Shown in pieces: positions 1 through 14,390 of a DNA stretch of 64,000 bases. Positions within the stretch are counted from its first letter, which is position 1; every line of letters starts with the position of its first letter. The notes under the pieces were generated by a model, which saw nothing but the letters and a program-made list of their open reading frames with translations, was not told where the DNA came from and ran no database searches. A program made the translations under genes and the position numbers. Origin of the DNA: the human T2T-CHM13v2.0 reference genome, Homo sapiens; the NCBI RefSeq assembly GCF_009914755.1, contig NC_060933.1. The stretch is one strand, 5' to 3'.

Positions 1-349
1 GAATGGAATTAACCCGAATAGAATGAAATGGAACGGAATGGAACGGAATGTAATGCAATGGAATCGAATGGAATCAACCCGAGTGCAGGGGAATGGAATG
101 GAATGGAATGCAATGGAATGGAATCATCCGGAATGGAATGGAATGGAATGGAATCAACTCGATTTCAATGGAATGGAATGGAATAGAATGGAATGGAATT
201 AACACGAATAGAATGGAATGGAATGGAATGGAATGGAACAGAAAGGAATGGAATGGAATGGAATGGAATCAACCCAAGTGCTGGGGAATGGAATGGAATG
301 GAATTCAATGGAATGGAGTCATCCGGAATGGAATGGAATGGAATGGAAT

Positions 350-1330
350 GGAATGATACGGAATAGAATGGAATGGAACGAAATGGAATGGAAAGGAATG
401 GAATGGAATGGAATGGAATGGAATGGAATCAACCCGAGTGCAGGGGAATGGAATGGAATGGAATGCAATGGAATGGAATCATCCGGAATGGAATGAATGG
501 AATGGAATGCAAAGCAATGGAATCAACTCGATTGCAATGGAATGGAATGGAATGGAAAGGAATACATTGGAATCAACCCGAGTGGAATGGAATGGAAAGG
601 ACTGGAATGGAGTGGAATGGAATGGAATGGAATGGAATGGAATCAACTCGATTGGAATGGAATGGAATGGAATGGAATTAACCCGAATAGAATGGAATGG
701 AATGGAATGCAACGGAACGGAATGGAATGGAATGGAATGGAATGGAATGGAATGGAATGGAATCAACCCGACTGCAGGGGAATGGAATGGAATGGAAGGC
801 AATGGAATGGATTCAACTTGAATGGAATGGAAAGAATGGAATCAACACGAGTGGAATGGCATGGATTGGAATGGAATGGAATGGAATCAACCCGAGTACA
901 GGGGAATGGAATGGAATGGAATGCAATGGAATGGAATCATCCGTAATGGAATGGAAAGGAATGGAATGGAATGGAATGGAATGGAATGGAATGGAATGGA
1001 ATCAACTCGATTGCAATCGAATGGAATGGAATGGAATTAACCCGAATAGAATGGAATGGAATGGAATGGAACGGAACGGAACGGAACGGAACGGAGTGGA
1101 ATGGAATGGAATAGAATTGTATGGAATGGAATGGCATGGTACGGAATAGAATGGAATGGAAAGAATTGGAATGGAATGACATCGAATGGAATGGAATGGA
1201 ATGGAATGGAATCAACCAGAGTGCAATGGAATGGAGTGGAATGGAATGGAATGGAATGGAACAACCCGAATGGAATGGAATGTAATGGAGAGTAAGGGAG
1301 ATGAATAGAATCAATCCGAATGTAATGGAT
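350..1330 (+). repeat. Copy of ~2990-3970 (offset ~2645-2655)
   Basis: GACATCG 1178/3823, GTAAGGGAGATG 1292/3937; identical ORF 1056/3701. Confidence 0.85.
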
Positions 1331-2389
1331 TGGAATGGAATGGAATGGAATTGAATGGAATGGAATGGAATGCAATGGAATGGAATCAACCCGAGTGCAA
1401 TCGAATGGAATCGAATGGAATGGAATGCAATGGAATGGATTCAACTTGAATGGAATGGAAAGAATGGAATCAACACGAGTGGAATGGCATGGATTGGAAT
1501 GGAATGGAATGGAATCAACCCGAGTACAGGGGAATGGAATGGAATGGAATGCAATGGAATGGAATCATCCGTAATGGAATGGAAAGGAATGCAGTGGAAT
1601 GGAATGGAATGGAATGGAATCAACTCGATTGCAATCGAATGGAATGGAATGGAATTAACCCGAATAGAATGGAATGGAATGGAATGGAACGGAACGGAAT
1701 GGAATGGAATGGAATGGAATGCAACGGAATGGAAAGGAATGGAATGGAATGGAATGCAATGGAATGGAATCAACCCGAGTGCAATGGAATGGAGAGGAAT
1801 GGAATGGAATGCAATTGAAACTACCAGAATGGAATGTAATGGAGTGTAAGGGAATTGAATAGAATCAATCCGAATGTAATGGAATGGAATGGAACGGAAT
1901 GGAATGGAATGGAATGGAATGGAATGGAATGGAATGCAATGGAATGGAATCAACCCGAGTGCAATCAAATGGAATCGAATGGAATGGAATGCAATGGAAT
2001 GGATTCAACTTGAATGGAATGGAAAGAATGGAATCAACACGAGTGGAATGGCATGGATTGGAATGGAATGGAATGGAATCAACCCGAGTACAGGGGAATG
2101 GAATGGAATGGAATGCAATGGAATGGAATCAACCGTAATGGAATTGAAAGGAATGGAATGGAATGGAATGGAATGGAATGGAATGGAATGGAATCAACTC
2201 GATTGCAATCGAATGGAATGGAATGGAATTAACCCGAATAGAATGGAATGGAATGGAATGGAACGGAACGGAATGGAATGGAATGGAATGGAATGCAATG
2301 GAATGGAACGGAACGGAATGGAATGGAATGGAATGGAATGGAATCAACGCGAGTGCAGGGGAATGGAATGGAATGGAATGCAATGGAAT

Positions 2390-2404
2390 GGAATCTTCCG
2401 GAAT
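2390..2404 (+). promoter_or_regulatory. Perfect 3-unit heat-shock element motif (representative of ~34 copies)
   Basis: ggaat|cttcc|ggaat = nGAAn|nTTCn|nGAAn. The motif match is directly visible; function is inferred from known HSF1 binding to Satellite III. Confidence 0.55.
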
Positions 2405-5400
2405 GGAATGAAATGGAATGGAATGGAATGAAATGCAATGGATTCAACTCGATTGCAATGGAATGGAATAGAATGGAATGGAATGGAATGGAATGGAATG
2501 GAATTAATCCGAATAGAATGGAATGGAATGCAATGGAACGGAATGGAATGGAATGGAATGGAATGGAATTGTATGGAATGGAATGGAATGGTACGGAATA
2601 GAATGGAATGGAACGAATTGTAATGGAATGGAATTGAATGGAATGGAATGGAACGGAATGGAATCAACGCGAGTCCAGGGGAATGTAATGGAATGGAATG
2701 CAATGGAATGGAATCATCCGGAATGGAATGGAATGGAATGGAATGGAATGGAATCAACCCGAGTGCAATGGAATGGAGTGGAATGGAATGGAATGGAATG
2801 GAACAACCAGAATGGAATGGAATGTAATGGAGAGTAAGGGAGTTGAATAGAATCAATCCGAATGTAATGGAATGGAATGCAACGGAATGGAATGGAATGG
2901 AATGGAATGGAATGCAATGGAATTGAATCAACCCGAGTACAATGGAATGGAATGGAATGGAATGGAATGGAATGGAATGGAATGGAATGGAATGGAATGA
3001 TACGGAATAGAATGGAATGGAAAGAAATGGAATGGAAAGGAATGGAATGGAATGGAATGGAATGGAATGGAATGGAATGGAATCAACCCGAGTGCAGGGG
3101 AATGGAATGGAATGGAATGCAATGGAATGGAATCATCCGGAATGGAATGGAATGGAATGGAATGCAAAGCAAAGGAATCAACTCGATTGCAATGGAATGG
3201 AATGGAATGGAAAGGAATACATTGGAATCAACCCGAGTGGAATGGAATGGAAAGGACTGGAATGGAGTGGAATGGAATGGAATGGAATGGAATGGAATCA
3301 ACTCGATTGGAATGGAATGGAATGGAATGGAATTAACCCGAATAGAATGGAATGGAATGGAATGGAACGGAACGGAATGGAATGGAATGGAATGGAATGG
3401 AATGGAATGGAATGGAATCAACCCGACTGCAGGGGAATGGAATGGAATGGAAAGCAATGGAATGGATTCAACTTGAATGGAATGGAAAGAATGGAATCAA
3501 CACGAGTGGAATGGCATGGATTGGAATGGAATGGAATGGAATCAACCCGAGTACAGGGGAATGGAATGGAATGGAATGCAATGGAATGGAATCATCCGTA
3601 ATGGAATGGAAAGGAATGGAATGGAATGGAATGGAATGGAATGGAATCAACTCGATTGCAATCGAATGGAATGGAATGGAATTAACCCGAATAGAATGGA
3701 ATGGAATGGAATGGAACGGAACGGAACGGAACGGAACGGAGTGGAATGGAATGGAATGGAATTGTATGGAATGGAATGGCATGGTACGGAATAGAATGGA
3801 ATGGAAAGAATTGGAATGGAATGACATCGAATGGAATGGAATGGAATGGAATGGAATCAACCCGAGTGCAATGGAATGGAGTGGAATGGAATGGAATGGA
3901 ATGGAACAACCCGAATGGAATGGAATGTAATGGAGAGTAAGGGAGATGAATAGAATCAATCCGAATGTAATGGAATGGAATGCAACGGAATGGAAAGGAA
4001 TGGAATGGAATGGAATGGAATGCAATGGAATGGAATCAACCCGAGTACAATGGAATGGAATGGAATGGAATGGAATGGAATGGAATGGAATGGAATGCCT
4101 TCAAATCGAATGGAATGGAAAGGAATGGAATCAACACGAGTGGAATGGAATGGAATGGAATGGAATGGAATGGAATGGAATGATACGGAATAGAATGGAA
4201 TGCAACGAAATGGAATGGAATGGAATGGAATGGAATGGAATGGAATGGAATCGTTCCGAGTGGAATAGGAGGGAATGTATTCGAGTGGAATGGAAAGGAA
4301 TGGAATCAACCAGAGTGGAATGGAAGGGAATGGAATGGAATGGAAACTAATAGAATGGAATCAACCCGAGTGGAATGGAATGGAAAGGACTGGAATGGAA
4401 AGCAATGGAATGGAATGGAATGGAATGGAATGGAATGGAATGGAATGGAATCAACGCGAGTGCAGGAGAATGGAATGGAATCGAATGGAATGGAATGGAA
4501 TGGAATGGAATAAACCCGAGTGCAGGGGAATGTAATGGAACGGAATGCAATGGAATGGAATCATCCGGAATGGAATGGAATGGAATCAACCCGAATGGAA
4601 TGGAATGTAATGGAGAGTAAGGGAGTTGAAAAGAATCAATCCGAATGTAATGGAATGGAATGGAACGGAATGGAATGGAATGGAATGGAATGCAATGGAA
4701 TGGAATCTTCCGGAATGGAATGGAATGGAATGGAATGGAATGGAATGGAATGCAATGGATTCAACTCGATTGCAATGGAATGGAATAGAATGGAATGGAA
4801 TGGAATGGAATGGAATTAAACCGAATAGAATGGAATGGAATGGAATGGAACGGAACGGAACGGAACGGAACGGAGTGGAATGGAATGGAATGGAATTGTA
4901 TGGAATGGAATGGAATGTTACGGAATAGAATGGAATGGAAAGAATTGGAATGGAATGGAATCGAATGCAATGGAGTGGAATGGAATGGAATCAACCCGAG
5001 TGCAGGGGAATGTAATGGAACGGAATGCAATGGAATGGAATCATCCGGAATGGAATGGAATGGAATTGAATGGAATGGAATGGAATGGAATCAACCCGAG
5101 TGCAATGGAATGCAGTGGAATGGAATGGAATGGAATGGAACAACGCGAATGGAATGGAATGTAATGGAGAGTTAGGGAGTTGAATAGAATCAATCCGAAT
5201 GTGATGGAATGGAACGGAATGAAATGGAATGGAATGAAATGGAATGGAATGGAATGGAATGGAATGCAATGGAATGGAATCAACCCGAGTACAATGGAAC
5301 GGAATGGAATGGAATGGAATGGAATCGAATGGAATGGAATGGAATGGAATGGAATGGAATGGAATCAACCCGAGTGCAATGGAATGGAGTGGAATGGAAT

Positions 5401-8400
5401 GGAATGGAATGGAACAACCCGAATGGAATGGAATGTAATGGAGAGTAAGGGAGTTGAATAGAATCAATCCGAATGTAATGGAATGAAAAGGAATGGAATG
5501 GAATGGAATGGAATGGAATGGAATGGAATGGAATGGAATGGAATGGAATGGAGTGCAATGGAATGGAATCAACCCGAGTACAATGGAACGGAATGGAATG
5601 GAATGTAATGTAATGGAATGGAATGGAATGGAATGGAATGGAATGGAATGGAATCAACCCGAGTGCAATGGAATGGAGAGGAATGGAATGGAATGGAATG
5701 GAAACTACCCGAATGGAATGGAATGTAATGGAGTGTAAGGGAATTGAATAGAATCAATCCGAATGGAATGGAATGGAATGGAACGAAATGTAATGGAATG
5801 GAATGGAATGGAATCAACCCGAGTGCAGGGGAATGGAATGGAATGGAATGCAATGGAATGGAATCATCCGGAATGGAATGGAATGGAATGCAATGGAATG
5901 GAATGGAATGGAATCAACCCGAGTGCAATGGAATGGAGTGAAATGGAATGGAATGGAATGGAAACAACCAGAATGGATTGGAATATAATGGAGTGTAAGG
6001 GAATTGAATAGAATCAATCTGAATGTAATGAAATGGAATGGAACGGAATGGAATGGAATGGAATGGAATGGAGTGGAATGGAATGCAATGGAATGGAATC
6101 AACCCGAGTGCAATCGAATGGAATCGAATGGAATGGAATGCAATGGAATGGATTCAACTTGAATGGAAAGGAAAGAATGGAATCAACACGAGTGGAATGG
6201 CATGGATTGGAATGGAATGGAATGGAATCAACCCGAGTACAGGGGAATGGAATGGAATGGAAAGCAATGGAATAGAATCATCCGTAATGGAATGGAAAGG
6301 AATGGAAAGGACTGGAATGGAATGGAATGGAATGGAATGGAATGGAATCAACTCGATTGCAATCGAATGGAATGGAATGGAATTAACCCGAATAGAATGG
6401 AATGGAATGGAATGGAACGGAAAGGAACGGAATGGAATGGAATGGAATGGAACGGAAAGGAATGGAATGGAATGGAATGGAATGGAATGGAATGGAATGG
6501 AATGGAATGGAATCAACGCGAGTGCAGGGGAATGGAATGGAATCGAATGGAATGGAAAGGAATTTAATGGAATCAACCCGAGCGCAGGGGAATGTAATGG
6601 AACGGAATGCAATGGAATGGAATCATCCGGAATGGAATGGAATGGAATGGAATGGAATCAACCCGAGTGCAATGGAATGGAGTGGAATGGAATGGAATGG
6701 AATGGAACAACCCGAATGGAATGGAATGTAATGGAGAGTAAGAGAGTTGAAAAGAATCAATCCAAATGTAATGGAATGGAATGGAACGGAATGGAATGGA
6801 ATGGAATGGAATGGAATGGAATGGAATGCAATGGAATGGAATCAACCCGAGTACAATGGAATGGAATGGAATGGAATGGAATGGAATGGAATGGAATGGA
6901 ATGGAATGGAATGGAATGCAATGGAATGGAATCTTCCGGAATGGAATGGAATGGAATGGAATGGAATGGAGTGGAATGCAATGGATTCAACTCGATTGCA
7001 ATGGAATGGAATAGAATGGAATGGAATGGAATGGAATGCATTGGAATTAAACCGAATAGAATGGAATGGAATGGAATGGAATGGAACAGAACGGTACGGA
7101 ACGGAACGGAGTGGAAAGGAATGGAATGGAATTGTATGGAATGGAATAGAATGGTACGGAATAGAAAGGAATGGAAAGAATTGGAATGGAATGGAATGGA
7201 ATGGAATGGAATGGAATGGAATGGAATCAACCCGAGTGCAATGGAATGGAGTGGAATGGAATGGAATGGAATGGAATGGAACAACCCGAATGGAATGGAA
7301 TGTAATGGAGAGTAAGGGAGTTGAACAGAATCAATCCGAATGTAATGGAATGGAACGGAATGGAATGGAATGGAATGGAATGGAATGGAATGGAATGGAA
7401 TGGAATGCAATGGAATGGAATCAACCCGAGTACAAAGGAACGGAATGTAATGTAATGGAATGGAATGGAATGGAATGGAATGGAATGGAATCAACCCGAG
7501 TGGAATGGAATGGAGAGGAATGGAATGGAATGGAATGGAAACTACCGAATGGAATGGAATGTAATGGAGTGTAAGGGAATTGAATAGAATCAATCCGAAT
7601 GGAATGGAATGGAATAGAACGGAATGTAATGTAATGGAATGGAATGGAATCAACCTGAGTGCAGGGGAATGGAATGGAATGGAATGCAATGGAATGGAAT
7701 CATCCGGAATGGAATGGAATGGAATGCAATGGAATGGAATGGAATGGAATCAACCCGAGTGCAATGGAATGGAGTGAAATGGAATGGAATGGAATGGAGA
7801 CAACCAGAATGGATTGGAATATAATGGAGTGTAAGGGAATTGAATAGAATAAATCTGAATGTAATGAAATGGAATGGAACGGAATGGAATGGAATGGAAT
7901 GGAATGGAATGGAATGCAATGGAATGGAATCAACCCGAGTGCAATCGAATGGAATCGAATGGAATGGAATGCAATGGAATGGATTCAACTTGAATGGAAT
8001 GGAAAGAATGGAATCAACACGAGTGGAATGGCATGGATTGGAATGGAATGGAATGGAATCAACCCGAGTATAGGGGAATGGAATGGAATGGAATGCAATG
8101 GAATGGAATCATCCGTAATGGAATGGAAAGGAATGGAATGGAATGGAATGGAATGGAATCAACTCGATTGCAATCGAATGGAATGGAATGGAATTAACCC
8201 GAATAGACAGGAATGGAATGGAATGGAACGGAACGGAATGGAATGGAATGGAATGGAATGGAACGGAAAGGAAGGGAATGGAATGGAATAGAATGGAATG
8301 GAATGGAATCAACGCGAGTGCAGGGGAATGGAATGGAATGGAATGCAATGGAATGGAATCTTCCGGAATGGAATGGAATGGAATGGAATGGAATGGAATT

Positions 8401-8759
8401 GAATGGAATCAACCCGAGTGCAATGGAATGAAGTGGAATGGAATGGAATGGAATGGAACAACCCGAATGGAATGGAATGTAATGGAGAGTAAGGGAGTTG
8501 AATAGAATCAATCCGAATGTAATGGAATGGAATGGAACGGAATGGAATTGAATGGAATGGAATGGAATGCAATGGAATGGAATCAACCCGAGTGCAATGG
8601 AATGGAGAGGAATGGAATGGAATGCAATGGAAACTACCCAAATGGAATGTAATGGAGTGTAAGGGAATTGAATAGAATCAATCTGAATGTAGTGGAATGG
8701 AATGGAACGGAATGGAATGGAATGGAATGGAATGGAATGGAATGGAATGGAATGCAATG

Positions 8760-11700
8760 GAATGGAATCAACCGTAATGGAATTGAAAGGAATGGAATGG
8801 AATGGAATGGAATGGAATGGAATGGAATGGAATGGAATGGAATCAACTCGATTGCAATCGAATGGAATGGAATGGAATTAACCCGAATAGAATGGAATGG
8901 AATGGAATGGAACGGAACGGAATTGAATGGAATGGAATGGAATGGAATGGAATGGAACGGAACGGAATGGAATGGAATGGAATGGAATGGAATCAACGCG
9001 AGTGCAGGGGAATGGAATGGAATGGAATGCAATGGAATGGAATCTTCCGGAATGGAATGAAATGGAATGGAATGGAATGAAATGCAATGGATTCAACTCG
9101 ATTGCAATGGAATGGAATAGAATGGAACGGAATGGAATGGAATGGAATGGAATTAATCCGAATAGAATGGAATGGAATGCAATGGAACGGAATGGAATGG
9201 AATGGAATGGAATGGAATTGTATGGAATGGAATGGAATGGTACGGAATAGAATGGAATGGAACGAATTGTAATGGAATGGAATTGAATGGAATGGAATGG
9301 AACGGAATGGAATCAACGCGAGTCCAGGGGAATGTAATGGAATGGAATGCAATGGAATGGAATCATCCGGAATGGAATGGAATGGAATGGAATGGAATGG
9401 AATCAACCCGAGTGCAATGGAATGGAGTGGAATGGAATGGAATGGAATGAAACAACCAGAATGGAATGGAATGTAATGGAGAGTAAGGGAGTTGAATAGA
9501 ATCAATCCGAATGTAATGGAATGGAATGCAACGGAATGGAATGGAATGGAATGGAATGGAATGCAATGGAATTGAATCAACCCGAGTACAATGGAATGGA
9601 ATGGAATGGAATGGAATGGAATGGAATGGAATGGAATGGAATGGAATGATACGGAATAGAATGGAATGGAAAGAAATGGAATGGAAAGTAATGGAATGGA
9701 ATGGAATGGAATGGAATGGAATGGAATCAACCCGAGTGCAGGGGAATGGAATGGAATGGAATGCAATGGAATGGAATCATCCGGAATGGAATGGAATGGA
9801 ATGGAATGCAAAGCAATGGAATCAACTCGATTGCAATGGAATGGAATGGAATGGAAAGGAATACATTGGAATCAACCCGAGTGGAATGGAATGGAAAGGA
9901 CTGGAATGGAGTGGAATGGAATGGAATGGAATGGAATGGAATCAACTCGATTGGAATGGAATGGAATGGAATGGAATTAACCCGAATAGAATGGAATGGA
10001 ATGGAATGGAACGGAACGGAATGGAATGGAATGGAATGGAATGGAATGGAATGGAATGGAATCAACCCGACTGCAGGGGAATGGAATGGAATGGAAGGCA
10101 ATGGAATGGATTCAACTTGAATGGAATGGAAAGAATGGAATCAACACGAGTGGAATGGCATGGATTGGAATGGAATGGAATGGAATCAACCCGAGTACAG
10201 GGGAATGGAATGGAATGGAATGCAATGGAATGGAATCATCCGTAATGGAATGGAAAGGAATGGAATGGAATGGAATGGAATGGAATGGAATCAACTCGAT
10301 TGCAATCGAATGGAATGGAATGGAATTAACCCGAATAGAATGGAATGGAATGGAATGGAACGGAACGGAACGGAACGGAACGGAGTGGAATGGAATGGAA
10401 TGGAATTGTATGGAATGGAATGGCATGGTACGGAATAGAATGGAATGGAAAGAATTGGAATGGAATGACATCGAATGGAATGGAATGGAATGGAATGGAA
10501 TCAACCCGAGTGCAATGGAATGGAGTGGAATGGAATGGAATGGAATGGAACAACCCGAATGGAATGGAATGTAATGGAGAGTAAGGGAGATGAATAGAAT
10601 CAATCCGAATGTAATGGAATGGAATGCAACGGAATGGAAAGGAATGGAATGGAATGGAATGGAATGCAATGGAATGGAATCAACACGAGTACAATGGAAT
10701 GGAATGGAATGGAATGGAATGGAATGGAATGGAATGGAATGCCTTCAAATCGAATGGAATGGAAAGGAATGGAATCAACACGAGTGGAATGGAATGGAAT
10801 GGAATGGAATGGAATGGAATGGAATGATACGGAATAGAATGGAATGCAACGAAATGGAATGGAATGGAATGGAATGGAATGGAATGGAATGGAATCGTTC
10901 CGAGTGGAATAGGAGGGAATGTATTCGAGTGGAATGGAAAGGAATGGAATCAACCAGAGTGGAATGGAAGGGAATGGAATGGAATGGAAACTAATAGAAT
11001 GGAATCAACCCGAGTGGAATGGAATGGAAAGGACTGGAATGGAAAGCAATGGAATGGAATGGAATGGAATGGAATGGAATGGAATGGAATGGAATCAACG
11101 CGAGTGCAGGAGAATGGAATGGAATCGAATGGAATGGAATGGAATGGAATGGAATAAACCCGAGTGCAGGGGAATGTAATGGAACGGAATGCAATGGAAT
11201 GGAATCATCCGGAATGGAATGGAATGGAATCAACCCGAATGGAATGGAATGTAATGGAGAGTAAGGGAGTTGAAAAGAATCAATCCGAATGTAATGGAAT
11301 GGAATGGAACGGAATGGAATGGAATGGAATGGAATGCAATGGAATGGAATCTTCCGGAATGGAATGGAATGGAATGGAATGGAATGGAATGGAATGCAAT
11401 GGATTCAACTCGATTGCAATGGAATGGAATAGAATGGAATGGAATGGAATGGAATGGAATTAAACCGAATAGAATGGAATGGAATGGAATGGAACGGAAC
11501 GGAACGGAACGGAACGGAGTGGAATGGAATGGAATGGAATTGTATGGAATGGAATGGAATGTTACGGAATAGAATGGAATGGAAAGAATTGGAATGGAAT
11601 GGAATCGAATGCAATGGAGTGGAATGGAATGGAATCAACCCGAGTGCAGGGGAATGTAATGGAACGGAATGCAATGGAATGGAATCATCCGGAATGGAAT

Positions 11701-12010
11701 GGAATGGAATTGAATGGAATGGAATGGAATGGAATCAACCCGAGTGCAATGGAATGCAGTGGAATGGAATGGAATGGAATGGAACAACGCGAATGGAATG
11801 GAATGTAATGGAGAGTTAGGGAGTTGAATAGAATCAATCCGAATGTAATGGAATGGAACGGAATGGAATGGAATGGAATGAAATGGAATGGAATGGAATG
11901 GAATGGAATGCAATGGAATGGAATCAACCCGAGTACAATGGAACGGAATGGAATGGAATGGAATGGCATGGAATGGAATGGAATGGAATGGAATGGAATG
12001 GAATGGAATC
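8760..12010 (+). repeat. Near-identical copy of ~2120-5360 (offset ~6644)
   Basis: Identical ORF translations at constant offset (3352/9996, 3468/10112, 4220/10864, 4835/11479). Shared private alleles: GACATCG 3823/10467, GCCTTCAAATCG 4097/10741, GTTAGGGAG ~5171/~11815. Confidence 0.9.
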
Positions 12011-12049
12011 AACCCGAGAGCAATGGAATGGAGAGGAATGGAATTGAAT

Positions 12050-14390
12050 GGAATGCAATGGAATGGATTCAACTTGAATGGAATGGAAAGAATGGAATCA
12101 ACACGAGTGGAATGGCATGGATTGGAATGGAATGGAAAGGAATCAACCCGAGTACAGGGGAATGGAATGGAATGGAGTGCAGTGGAATGGAATCAACCGT
12201 AATGGAATTGAAAGTAATGGAATGGAATGGAATGGAATGGAATGGAATGGAATGGAATCAACTCGATTGCAATCGAATGGAATGGAATGGAATTAACCCG
12301 AATAGAATGGAATGGAATGGAATGGAACGGAACGGAATGGAATGGAATGGAATGGAATGGAATGGAACGGAACGGAATGGAATGGAATGGAATGGAATGG
12401 AATCAACGCGAGTGCAGGGGAATGGAATGGAATGGAATGCAATGGAATGGAATCTTCCGGAATGGAATGAAATGGAATGGAATGGAATGAAAAGCAATGG
12501 ATTCAACTCGATTGCAATGGAATGGAATAGAATGGAATGGAATGGAATGGAATGGAATTAATCCGAATAGAATGGAATGGAATGCAATGGAACGGAATGG
12601 AATGGAATGGAATTGTATGGAATGGAATGGAATGGTACGGAATAGAATGGAATGGAACGAATTGTAATGGAATGGAATTGAATGGAATGGAATGGAATGG
12701 AATGGAATCAACGCGAGTCCAGGGGAATGTAATGGAAAGGAATGCAATGGAATGGAATCATCCGGAATGGAATGGAATGGAATGGAATGGAATGGAATCA
12801 ACCCGAGTGCAATGGAATGGAGTGGAATGGAATGGAATGGAATGGAACAACCAGAATGGAATGGAATGTAATGGAGAGTAAGGGAGTTGAATAGAATCAA
12901 TCCGAATGTAATGGAATGGAATGCAACGGAATGGAATGGAATGGAATGGAATGGAATGCAATGGAATTGAATCAACCCGAGTACAATGGAATGGAATGGA
13001 ATGGAATGGAATGGAATGGAATGGAATGGAATGGAATGGAATGATACGGAATAGAATGGAATGGAACGAAATGGAATGGAAAGGAATGGAATGGAATGGA
13101 ATGGAATGGAATGGAATCAACCCGAGTGCAGGGGAATGGAATGGAATGGAATGCAATGGAATGGAATCATCCGGAATGGAATGGAATGGAATGGAATGCA
13201 AAGCAATGGAATCAACTCGATTGCAATGGAATGGAATGGAATGGAAAGGAATACATTGGAATCAACCCGAGTGGAATGGAATGGAAAGGACTGGAATGGA
13301 GTGGAATGGAATGGAATGGAATGGAATGGAATCAACTCGATTGGAATGGAATGGAATGGAATGGAATTAACCCGAATAGAATGGAATGGAATGGAATGGA
13401 ACGGAACGGAATGGAATGGAATGGAATGGAATGGAATGGAATGGAATGGAATGGAATGGAATCAACCCGACTGCAGGGGAATGGAATGGAATGGAAGACA
13501 ATGGAATGGATTCAACTTGAATGGAATGGAAAGAATGGAATCAACACGAGTGGAATGGCATGGATTGGAATGGAATGGAATGGAATCAACCCGAGTACAG
13601 GGGAATGGAATGGAATGGAATGCAATGGAATGGAATCATCCGTAATGGAATGGAAAGGAATGGAATGGAATGGAATGGAATGGAATGGAATGGAATGGAA
13701 TCAACTCGATTGCAATCGAATGGAATGGAATGGAATTAACCCGAATAGAATGGAATGGAATGGAATGGAACGGAACGGAACGGAACGGAACGGAGTGGAA
13801 TGGAATGGAATGGAATTGTATGGAATGGAATGGCATGGTACGGAATAGAATGGAATGGAAAGAATTGGAACGGAATGACATCGAATGGAATGGAATGGAA
13901 TGGAATGGAATCAACCCGAGTGCAATGGAATGGAGTGGAATGGAATGGAATGGAATGGAACAACCCGAATGGAATGGAATGTAATGGAGAGTAAGGGAGA
14001 TGAATAGAATCAATCCGAATGTAACGGAATGGAATGCAACGGAATGGAAAGGAATGGAATGGAATGGAATGGAATGCAATGGAATGGAATCAACCCGAGT
14101 ACAATGGAATGGAATGGAATGGAATGGAATGGAATGGAATGGAATGCCTTCAAATCGAATGGAATGGAAAGGAATGTAATCAACACGAGTGGAATGGAAT
14201 GGAATGGAATGGAATGGAATGGAATGATACGGAATAGAATGGAATGCAACGAAATGGAATGGAATGGAATGGAATGGAATGGAATGGAATGGAATCGTTC
14301 CGAGTGGAATAGGAGGGAATGTATTCGAGTGGAATGGAAAGGAATGGAATCAACCAGAGTGGAATGGAAGGGAATGGAATGGAATGGAAT
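12050..14390 (+). repeat. Third copy of ~1990-4340 (offset ~10050)
   Basis: CAACCGTAAT 2130/12194, GACATCG 3823/13877, GTAAGGGAGATG 3937/13991, GCCTTCAAATCG 4097/14146, TCGTTCCGAG 4251/14295. Confidence 0.85.

Noticed and set aside
5172-5177. TTAGGG hexamers (also 11816, ~45217, ~63452)
   Set aside because: Isolated single-base variants of GTAAGGG or CTCGGG/TTCGGG modules; there is no telomeric tract.
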